DNA from: Elusimicrobiales bacterium
Lineage (GTDB): Bacteria; Elusimicrobiota; Elusimicrobia; Elusimicrobiales; Elusimicrobiaceae
DNA length: 64,000 bases
Direction of reading: 5' to 3'
Assembly: GCA_041651175.1 (NCBI GenBank)
Contig: JBAZJT010000002.1
Location: 17,322-81,321, forward strand
Part shown: in pieces, positions 44,442 through 52,338 of the stretch
How the letters are laid out: every line of letters begins with the position of its first letter
Numbering within the stretch: the stretch's first letter is position 1
Translations under genes and position numbers: made by a program
The notes under the pieces: generated by a model
What the model saw: the letters and a program-made list of their open reading frames with translations, nothing else
What the model was told of the DNA's origin: nothing
Database searches by the model: none

Positions 44442-44917
44442 AAGTCGCCGTTGTGATGGGAAGCGAAAGCGATCTGCCGGTCATGCGCAAGGCCTGCGAC
44501 ACTCTCAAAACGCTTGGCATAGCGCATAAAACATTCATCGCCTCGGCGCACAGGACGCCGGAGCTGTTGGCTGCTATCGTCGCCCGCTGCGAGCGCGCGG
44601 GCGCGCTGGTCTACATCGCCGGCGCGGGCGGCGCGGCGCATTTGCCCGGCGTAATCGCCAGCATGACGCTGCGTCCTGTTATAGGCGTGCCGGTCAATTC
44701 AAAGCTCTCCGGACTGGATTCGCTGCTGTCTATCGCCCAAATGCCCTCCGGCGTGCCGGTGGCGGCGATGGCGGTGGACGGTTCAGCCAACGCCGCCATA
44801 CTAGCCGCGCAGATTCTGGCGGCGGCGGATAAAAACATTCACAAAAAACTGGCGCTGCTGCGCCGGGGCGCGGCTGAAAAAATTTCGCAGGCTAACGACA
44901 GGCTCAATAAGGAGTGA
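44429..44917 (+). CDS. purE: 5-(carboxyamino)imidazole ribonucleotide mutase
   Basis: 162 aa. VAVVMGSESDLPVM, SAHRTP, AGGAAHLPGV. Confidence 0.9.
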   Translation: MEKIKVAVVMGSESDLPVMRKACDTLKTLGIAHKTFIASAHRTPELLAAIVARCERAGALVYIAGAGGAAHLPGVIASMTLRPVIGVPVNSKLSGLDSLLSIAQMPSGVPVAAMAVDGSANAAILAAQILAAADKNIHKKLALLRRGAAEKISQANDRLNKE

Positions 44918-44918
44918 T

Positions 44919-45902
44919 ATGGCCATAACTTACAAAAAATCCGGCGTTGACATCGCCGCCGGCGACGCGCTGGTTGAATACATACAGAAAAAAGCCCCCG
45001 CCGTGGGCGGTTTTGCGGGGCTGTTCCCGCTGGAGTTGGGCGGCAAGCAGTATAACATCGTCGGCTGCACCGACGGCGTGGGCACCAAGCTGAAACTGGC
45101 GTTTCTGACCGGGCGGCATAGCACCGTGGGCATAGACCTTGTCGCCATGAATGTAAACGACCTGATAACCTGCGGCGCGAAACCGCTTTTTTTCCTGGAT
45201 TATTACGCGACCTCCAGACTGGACCCCAAAACCTCGCGCGCCGTCATAGACGGCATACTGGAAGGCTGCCGGCAGGGGGAAATGGCGCTCCTCGGCGGCG
45301 AGACCGCCGAAATGCCCGGCTTCTACGGCAAAGGCGAATACGACCTGGCGGGGTTCGCGGTGGGCATAGTGGAAAGCGGGCGTGTCATAGACGGCAGCCG
45401 CATCATGCCCGGCGACGCGCTGATAGGGCTGCCCTCCACGGGTTTTCATTCCAACGGCTATTCGCTGATACGCGGGGTGTACAGGGACGCCGAGCTTAAA
45501 AAGCGCGCCGCCCGGCTGCTGGCGCCTACGAAAATCTATGTGAAAGACATCGCCGCGCTGCGCGGCGCCGCCATTGCCGCCGGAGCCGACATCCTGGGCA
45601 TGGCGCATATCACAGGCGGCGGCATTGTGGAGAATGTGCCCAGATTCCTGCCCGGAAACTGCGCCGCCGTCATAGACGCGGCCTCGTGGAAGCGGCCCAA
45701 AATCATGAGGGATATCGCAAAAGGCGGCGATATACCCGCAGGCGACATGTGGCGCACCTTTAACATGGGAATAGGGATGGTAATCGCGTTAAGGCCGCAG
45801 GCCGTTGAAGCCGCGCTGAAAACGCTGCCGGAGGCCGTGGTTCTCGGGCGTGTGGAGCGCGGCGAAAACAAGGTAATTCTCCAGAACGCGGAGCGGCTAT
45901 GA
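44919..45902 (+). CDS. purM: phosphoribosylformylglycinamidine cyclo-ligase (AIR synthetase)
   Basis: 327 aa. YKKSGVDIAAGD, CTDGVGTK, VAMNVNDL, HITGGG. AAGGAG Shine-Dalgarno. Confidence 0.9.
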   Translation: MAITYKKSGVDIAAGDALVEYIQKKAPAVGGFAGLFPLELGGKQYNIVGCTDGVGTKLKLAFLTGRHSTVGIDLVAMNVNDLITCGAKPLFFLDYYATSRLDPKTSRAVIDGILEGCRQGEMALLGGETAEMPGFYGKGEYDLAGFAVGIVESGRVIDGSRIMPGDALIGLPSTGFHSNGYSLIRGVYRDAELKKRAARLLAPTKIYVKDIAALRGAAIAAGADILGMAHITGGGIVENVPRFLPGNCAAVIDAASWKRPKIMRDIAKGGDIPAGDMWRTFNMGIGMVIALRPQAVEAALKTLPEAVVLGRVERGENKVILQNAERL

Positions 45903-48049
45903 AAATAGCGGTTCTTGCCTCCGGCGGGGGGACCACTTTTCAGGCTTTATACGACGCGCAGAAAGCCGGCTCGCTGGGCGGGGGGGAGATAGTTCTTGTA
46001 ATCTCAAGCCGCCCGGACGCGGGCGTTGCGGCCCGCGCGAAAGCCGCGGGCGTGCGCGCCGAAACCGCCGACCCGAAAGACGACGCTCTGCTCTGCCGCC
46101 TCTGCGCGGAGGCGGGGGTGCGGCTTGTCTGCATGGCAGGCTACATGCACAAGCTGGGGCCGGAAATGCTTAAACGCTATGCCGGCGCGGTGCTGAATAT
46201 CCATCCCGCGCTGCTGCCCGCTTTCGGCGGGAAAGGGATGTACGGGCGGCATGTGCACGAGGCCGTCATCGCCTCCGGCGCGAAATTCAGCGGCTGCACC
46301 GTCCATTTCGCCGACGGAAATTATGACGCCGGGCCGGTCGCGCTTCAGCAGGCGGTTGCGGTGGCCGAAGACGATACCGCAGAAACATTGTCCGAAAAAG
46401 TCCGCGCGGCGGAGCGCATATTGTACCCCCGCGCGGTGCGGCTGTTTTGCCAGGGCAGGCTGAAAATCAGCGGCGGCAAAGTCTCCGTCCTGCCGGAGAA
46501 AACAGAGGCCGGAAAAATCCGCCGCGCGCTTATTTCCGTTTACGACAAAACGGGGCTGGCCGAATTCGCCAAAGGGCTGGACGGGCTTGGCGTGGAAATA
46601 ATCAGCACCTCCGGCACGGCCAAATTCCTGTCGGAAAACGGCGTTCCCGTGCGAATGCTGGAGACGCTTACCGGGTTTCCCGAAATTCTGGGCGGGCGGG
46701 TGAAAACGCTGCACCCCATGGTTCACGGCGCGATACTCATGCGCCGCGGCGACGCGGGGCAGGTTGCCCAGGCGCAGGTTCACGGCATTGAGCCGATAGA
46801 CATGCTGGTTGTCAACCTCTATCCCTTTGCGCAAACGCTGGCGGGGCATTCCTCCGTCCACGAGCAGGAAGTGATAGAGCAGATAGACATAGGCGGCGTC
46901 GCGCTTATACGCGCCGGCTCCAAAAATTACGAGGATGTGGCTGTTCTGACCGAGCCTGCCGATTACCCGTCAGTTCTGGAGGAAATGCAAAAATCCTCCG
47001 CGCTTTCTGCGGACACCAAGCGGCGGCTTGCCGCCAGGGGCTTTGCCCACACCGCTGCCTACGACGGCGATATTTCCGGCGCGTTCGCGCGCGCGCAGGC
47101 CGGCGGCGGGCCGCCGCAAACGCTGAACCTGAATTTGAAGCTGGCGCAGCCCATGCGCTACGGCGAAAATCCCCATCAGCAGGCCGCGCTTTATTCTCCG
47201 GACGGGAAGCTTTCGTTTGAGCAGCTGCACGGCAAGGAGCTTTCCTACAACAATATTTTGGACGCGCATGGCTCCTGGGAGGCTGTCTGCGACTTCGGGC
47301 AGACCGCCGCCGTGATATTCAAGCATATCACCCCCTGCGGCGCGGCGACCGGCGCGACCGCCGAGGAGGCGTTCTCCCGCGCCTGGGAGTGCGACCCGCT
47401 GTCGGCCTTCGGCGGGGTGATTGCGTTCAACTGCAAAGTTTCGCCCAAAGCGGCGGAGATGGTGAACTCGTTTTTTGTGGAGATAATCATTGCGCCGGAT
47501 TACGAAGATGCCGCGCTGGATATCCTGCGCGCCAAGAAAAACATCCGCATACTGAGCCGCGCCGCCGGGAAAAATTCCGGCTGGGTGATACGCTCGGCGG
47601 GGCGGGAAATACTGGCGGGCGAGGCGGATTCCGCGGTTTCCGCCGGGCAGTGGAAACAGGCGTCAAAACGCGCGCCCTCCGGCGAGGAAATGCGCGCGCT
47701 GGAATTTGCGTGGATTGTCTGCAAGCATGTGCGCTCCAACGCGATAGCCTTGTGCGCGCCGGACAGGACCGTAGGTATTGGCGCGGGCCAGATGTCGCGC
47801 GTTGACGCGGTGAAAACGGCGGAGATGAAATTTTCGCAGTATCTGGCCAAAAACCCGCGCCCCAAAACGCTGGTTCTGGCTTCCGACGCTTTTTTCCCGT
47901 TCCGGGACGCGGTTGACGAGGCGGCCCGGCTGGGCGCAAGCGCGATAGTCCAGCCCGGCGGCTCTCAACGCGACGCGGAATCAATTCAGGCGGCGGACGA
48001 GCGCGGGCTGGCGATGATGTTTACCGGCATGCGCCATTTCCGGCACTGA
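45899..48049 (+). CDS. purH: fused GAR formyltransferase (PurN) - AICAR transformylase/IMP cyclohydrolase (PurH)
   Basis: 716 aa single ORF. Residues ~1-200 are PurN-like (KIAVLASGGGT, VLNIHPALLPAFGG, SGCTVHF). From ~207 onward it is PurH-like (RRALISVYDKTGLAEFAKGL, RVKTLHP, C-terminal FTGMRHFRH). Confidence 0.85.
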   Translation: MKIAVLASGGGTTFQALYDAQKAGSLGGGEIVLVISSRPDAGVAARAKAAGVRAETADPKDDALLCRLCAEAGVRLVCMAGYMHKLGPEMLKRYAGAVLNIHPALLPAFGGKGMYGRHVHEAVIASGAKFSGCTVHFADGNYDAGPVALQQAVAVAEDDTAETLSEKVRAAERILYPRAVRLFCQGRLKISGGKVSVLPEKTEAGKIRRALISVYDKTGLAEFAKGLDGLGVEIISTSGTAKFLSENGVPVRMLETLTGFPEILGGRVKTLHPMVHGAILMRRGDAGQVAQAQVHGIEPIDMLVVNLYPFAQTLAGHSSVHEQEVIEQIDIGGVALIRAGSKNYEDVAVLTEPADYPSVLEEMQKSSALSADTKRRLAARGFAHTAAYDGDISGAFARAQAGGGPPQTLNLNLKLAQPMRYGENPHQQAALYSPDGKLSFEQLHGKELSYNNILDAHGSWEAVCDFGQTAAVIFKHITPCGAATGATAEEAFSRAWECDPLSAFGGVIAFNCKVSPKAAEMVNSFFVEIIIAPDYEDAALDILRAKKNIRILSRAAGKNSGWVIRSAGREILAGEADSAVSAGQWKQASKRAPSGEEMRALEFAWIVCKHVRSNAIALCAPDRTVGIGAGQMSRVDAVKTAEMKFSQYLAKNPRPKTLVLASDAFFPFRDAVDEAARLGASAIVQPGGSQRDAESIQAADERGLAMMFTGMRHFRH

Positions 48050-49334
48050 CATTCGCGGCGGCTTTGCCGTCAAGAACCGCCTCTTCCATAAAGGAATACT
48101 TCCAGCCGCCGTAGCGGCCCGTGCTGAGGCAGCCTTTCTTTTCCAGCCAGGGGAGTATGCGGGACAGCGCATGTGAGCGGTTTGCGTCGTATACCGCGTA
48201 GGCGCAGGGGATGGCGATATGCATGCGCGCGGCGGGGGGGGCGGAAATCAGGCCGCAGCGGCGCAGGCCGGAGAGCATTTGCCGCTCCAGCGCGGCGGTG
48301 TCCGGTTTTGACGACGGCGGGCTTGCCGTCTCTGTATAAAACGATGAGTAGCCCGCCGGAGAGACATGCCGCGAAAAATGCGAGGCTATGCCGGCGCGGT
48401 AGAACGCGAACTTATCCTCCGGGAAATACGCCCAGTGCAGCTTTCGCCGGGCCGGAGCGCGGAAGCCGAAATTGAACACGTCCACCCGGTTATGCCGCAG
48501 CAGTTTTGCGCTTTCGCGCACGGCGGCGGGCGCGTCCTCTATTATGCCGCAGAAATCTTTAAGCGGCATGGTGTTTACCAGCCTTGAAAATTCCACTTCT
48601 CCGAGATTGTTTATCAGCGCCGTCTTTTTTGAGAGGTTGACGCGCAATACCCCGCAGCCGGGCATAAAGCCGTTGCCCAGCCCGTCCGCAATGGCGGCGC
48701 ACAGCGCGCCCGCGCCGCCTTGTGACGGATAGTAAAATTCCGTATTGTAGCCGAAGCTGGCGCGCTGCGGGCCGTATGCCCCGGCGATAACCTCTTCCGG
48801 CCCCGGGCGCGGCACAAAGGGGGCGCACCAGTCCGCCCTCAGCTGCGGGAGCGGGACGCGCCACAGCTTGCGGTTATAGGGAAACATGAAATGCCGGCAT
48901 ATCCCCTCGCCGAAAACGGACATTGCCCAGCGGTCGAAAGGCGAATCAAAGGGCGGGGTTTTGTTCTCGCGCCAGGCTTTGAGGAAACCGGACACGCAGT
49001 CGCTGACCACCCTGTCCGGCAGGCCGCAGAGCGCGGCCTGAAAGGGATAGGGGGTGTAGACGCCGCTGGAATATATCTCCGCGCGGCGGCGCAGCTTTTC
49101 CAGATTGCCGCGCAGCATGCGGAAAATGAAACTTTTGCCGTAACCGCTGTGCAGATGCAGCAAATGGCCCGAACAGTCAAAAGAGAAGCCGTTTTGCGAA
49201 AACGAGGCGCAAAGCCCGCCGGGATAGTCGTTTTTTTCGGCAAGGATATAGCGCGGCGCGCCCAGCCGCTCCAGATGCCAGGCGCAGGAAAGCCCGGTAA
49301 GTCCGGCGCCGATTATAAGGGTGTCGGTTCTCAC
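48021..49334 (-). CDS. FAD-dependent oxidoreductase, UDP-galactopyranose-mutase/amine-oxidase-like
   Basis: Rossmann dinucleotide motif TLIIGAGLTGLSCAWHL..AEKNDYPGGL. C-terminal GRYGGWKYSFMEEAV resembles the Glf C-terminus. I prefer the GTG at 49334 (GTGA overlap with the upstream stop) to the track start 49442. Confidence 0.6.
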   Translation of the reverse strand: MRTDTLIIGAGLTGLSCAWHLERLGAPRYILAEKNDYPGGLCASFSQNGFSFDCSGHLLHLHSGYGKSFIFRMLRGNLEKLRRRAEIYSSGVYTPYPFQAALCGLPDRVVSDCVSGFLKAWRENKTPPFDSPFDRWAMSVFGEGICRHFMFPYNRKLWRVPLPQLRADWCAPFVPRPGPEEVIAGAYGPQRASFGYNTEFYYPSQGGAGALCAAIADGLGNGFMPGCGVLRVNLSKKTALINNLGEVEFSRLVNTMPLKDFCGIIEDAPAAVRESAKLLRHNRVDVFNFGFRAPARRKLHWAYFPEDKFAFYRAGIASHFSRHVSPAGYSSFYTETASPPSSKPDTAALERQMLSGLRRCGLISAPPAARMHIAIPCAYAVYDANRSHALSRILPWLEKKGCLSTGRYGGWKYSFMEEAVLDGKAAANVSAGNGACR

Positions 49335-50356
49335 ATTTCCACCCGTGCTATTTTGACGCTCATCAGCGCGAACGCCGCCGCGTCCGCCGCGTACACCACC
49401 AGCGCGGGCCATATGGGCAACTGCGTAGCCGAAAACGCGCACAGCACCAGGCCCATGGTAACAACCGCGCTCCAGGCCACTATCTCGTGGCGGGAAAAAC
49501 CCATTTTCTCAAGCCGCAGGGCGTAATGGTCCTTGCTGCCCGCAAACGGGGAATTGCCGCGCCTTATGCGCAGGAAAGAGACGAAAAACGTGTCGTAAAT
49601 CGGAACGGCCAGTATAAGCAGCGGCGCGTACACGCCAAGCGGGTTGGTATGCGAGTACTGCGTGCTTACCGACAATGCCGCCAGGGTGTATCCCATGAAA
49701 AGGCTGCCGCAGTCGCCCGCGAAAATTTTCCGGCGGCGCGAGAAATTGTGCGGCAAAAACCCCGCCGCCGCGCCCAGCAGCGCAGCGGCGGCGAAATTGA
49801 CATACAGGTCTTCCGACGGCAGCGCTATCAGCAGAAACCCCAGCGAGGCGGCGGCGGCCTGGCTGGCGCAGAGGCCGTCCATGATATCTATTATGTTGAA
49901 GGCATTGGCCACCCCCACCACCCAGACGACCGTCAGCGCGACCGCCAGATAATCGGGCTGTATGAACCTGATGCGCACCCCGTAATGCACCAGCACCAGC
50001 GCGGCGGCTATCTGGAAGGCGAACTTTGTCGCCACGGAAAGGCCGGAGGGTTTTTTTATATCGTCCACCAGCCCCAGCAGCAGCATTATCACCGCCCCGG
50101 CGAAAAATCCGCGCAGCGTGTGCAGCGTTCCTGTGGGAAAGCTGGTGAAAAGCCTTACCGCCGACAGCGAGATTATAAAAGCCGCCGCTATCGCCAGCCC
50201 GCCCAGCAGCGGGGTGGGGTTCTTGTGGGTTTTTACGCCGCCGGAGGGCGTGTCCAGCACGAATCTGAGGCCCAGGGCGCGCGCCAGCGGCGTCAGCGCC
50301 AGCGAGGCCGCGAAAGCGGCCGCCGCCGTTATCAGATAGAGTTTCCAGGGGCTCAT
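49331..50356 (-). CDS. polyprenyl-phosphate N-acetylhexosamine-1-phosphate transferase (WecA/MraY family, GT4 membrane)
   Basis: 341 aa, about 10 TM segments. NAFNIIDIMDGL motif, DDIKK loop, HHxxL-like C-terminal region. Confidence 0.8.
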   Translation of the reverse strand: MSPWKLYLITAAAAFAASLALTPLARALGLRFVLDTPSGGVKTHKNPTPLLGGLAIAAAFIISLSAVRLFTSFPTGTLHTLRGFFAGAVIMLLLGLVDDIKKPSGLSVATKFAFQIAAALVLVHYGVRIRFIQPDYLAVALTVVWVVGVANAFNIIDIMDGLCASQAAAASLGFLLIALPSEDLYVNFAAAALLGAAAGFLPHNFSRRRKIFAGDCGSLFMGYTLAALSVSTQYSHTNPLGVYAPLLILAVPIYDTFFVSFLRIRRGNSPFAGSKDHYALRLEKMGFSRHEIVAWSAVVTMGLVLCAFSATQLPIWPALVVYAADAAAFALMSVKIARVEM

Positions 50357-52338
50357 AACCTGTAGAGCGCGCAGCTTTCAGCCGCGAAAGCCGGCTGTAC
50401 GGAAAGCATCTCCTCCCAGTTTTTAAGGCCGTTCTCCGAGAAATTCAGCGTGCCGTAAGGATGAAGCCGCCGCATTTCCCCCGGAACATATATAACCCAG
50501 TCGTAATCGCGGGCGAGGGTTTGCGCCAGTTCAAGCGGCGAGGCCGCCGCATTGGCCGCCGTAACGAAACCGTTTTGCGCTGTCAGGGCGGTGGCCGCAA
50601 CATTCCGGCGGACGTAGTACGAGCGCTGCTCCCCTGCCATCAGCACGCGCGCGCCGGGCGGGGACATGGCGTTTACGGCGGCGGCGCACGGATAATAGCG
50701 CAGGGTTGCCGACAAATGCTCCGCCCGGCCCGCTTTGCCGAAAAGGTAATTCCAGTTATACGCTAAATCGTTCATGCCGGCCCATAAAACCGCCCGTTCC
50801 GCCGCAAATGCCAGCAGCGCCGCGGCCAGGACTATTCCGGCCAGCCGCCCGCCCTCGCGCCGCGCCGCCATGAAACCCTCAGCCGCCAGAATGGAGCCCA
50901 AAGGCACTATAACCACCAGAAACCGCAGCACCTTCGCCGTAAAAAACCAGACCGCGAAATGCAGCAGAATATACGCCCCGCACCAGCGCAGTTCCCGGGA
51001 GCGCAGCGCGGCCAGCGCCATCAGCGGGGTCGCGGCGAAAAACAGGTTCCAGCCCAGTGTTCCCAGAGCGTCCATCCCGCCGCCGAAATGCGAAGGGGCG
51101 GTAAACAGCGTATAAGGGAACATGATGAGCTCGCGCAGCGGGCGGCCCTGTCCGCCGTATTCCGTCAGCATGGAGAAATAGGCCTGTGCCTGGCCCGCAA
51201 GGGCCGTGTCCGCATTCAGCAGCCTGTACAGGAACGGGTAGACCGGATTTCCGGTTTCGGCGGCGTTTTTAACCAGCCACGGCGCGCAAACAAGGCAGCA
51301 GGCCGCGGCGAATATCAGAACGTCAACGACGCGGGCTCTGCGTTCGCTGAATCGCTGGACGCTGTAGCAGTGGCGCAGCGCCAGCATAAGCAGCGCGGCG
51401 GCGGTTATGCCGGCATAGTACTTGGTTCCGAACGCGAGTCCGCAGAAAACGCCGCCCGCAGCGGCCCACAGCCGGGATTGCGGCCCCGCGTTGCGCCGCC
51501 ACATTGCCAGCGATAAGACTGCGGCGGTGATGAAAAGGCAGGCCGCCGTCTCCGCATAGCTTGCCGACGCCAGAAGCGCGAAAGAGGTGTGCGACAGCGC
51601 CAGAAAAAGCGCCAGCCCGCTCGCGCCGGGAGAGGCTTCGCCGGAATTCTCCAGCGTCCTGAGATAGCCGTAAACCCATAACCCCGACAATGCGGCGCAC
51701 AGCCAGGAGAACAATTGCGCCGCCGTGTCAGAGCCCAGAAGCAGCGCGGCGGTGAAAAGCATCTCGCTGTTTTGCGGAAAATGGCTGTAGACGCTGCCGG
51801 GAACCGGCGCTATCGCGTGGTTAAGAGCATAAGCCTGCGGCAGCGCAAGATGGTACACCAGCGAGTCATAGTGCGGCGGCGGCGCAAAGCAGACCAGAAA
51901 GGCCCCTGCCAGCGGCAGAAGGGCTGCCAGCTCCCAGCCGGTGCGCGCAACCATGCCCGGCACGGGGAACGGAACAAGCCTTTTCCTGCCGGACCACAAA
52001 AACGCGCCAAGCAGCAGAACTATTGACGTCGGGTACAGCAGCTTCATCTCGCCAAGCGCGAAAACCGCCAGCGCCAGCGCGCCCAGCCCCAACGTGGCCG
52101 CCGCCGGAACGCGCAGGCCGGGAAAACTGTCCCATTCAAAACCGCAGGATTCAAGCGCGCGCGCGCCGAAGGCGAATGCCGCGGCGGCGGCAATCGCGAA
52201 AATTATCACGGAACAGGCCGCGAAAACAATTCCGCTTCCCAGAGCCGCGCGCAGGCCGTATAACGCCGCAGACAGCAGCAGCGCGGCGGCGGCCAGCGCA
52301 TAAAAAAAAGATGTTTTCGCCGCGGCTCCGGCTGTCAT
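50353..52338 (-). CDS. large polytopic membrane protein, GT-C (ArnT/PMT-like) glycosyltransferase candidate
   Basis: 661 aa, more than 12 hydrophobic segments. First-loop motif PPPHYDSLVYHLALPQAY. Soluble C-terminal ~150 aa. ATGA overlaps on both sides. Confidence 0.55.
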   Translation of the reverse strand: MTAGAAAKTSFFYALAAAALLLSAALYGLRAALGSGIVFAACSVIIFAIAAAAAFAFGARALESCGFEWDSFPGLRVPAAATLGLGALALAVFALGEMKLLYPTSIVLLLGAFLWSGRKRLVPFPVPGMVARTGWELAALLPLAGAFLVCFAPPPHYDSLVYHLALPQAYALNHAIAPVPGSVYSHFPQNSEMLFTAALLLGSDTAAQLFSWLCAALSGLWVYGYLRTLENSGEASPGASGLALFLALSHTSFALLASASYAETAACLFITAAVLSLAMWRRNAGPQSRLWAAAGGVFCGLAFGTKYYAGITAAALLMLALRHCYSVQRFSERRARVVDVLIFAAACCLVCAPWLVKNAAETGNPVYPFLYRLLNADTALAGQAQAYFSMLTEYGGQGRPLRELIMFPYTLFTAPSHFGGGMDALGTLGWNLFFAATPLMALAALRSRELRWCGAYILLHFAVWFFTAKVLRFLVVIVPLGSILAAEGFMAARREGGRLAGIVLAAALLAFAAERAVLWAGMNDLAYNWNYLFGKAGRAEHLSATLRYYPCAAAVNAMSPPGARVLMAGEQRSYYVRRNVAATALTAQNGFVTAANAAASPLELAQTLARDYDWVIYVPGEMRRLHPYGTLNFSENGLKNWEEMLSVQPAFAAESCALYRL

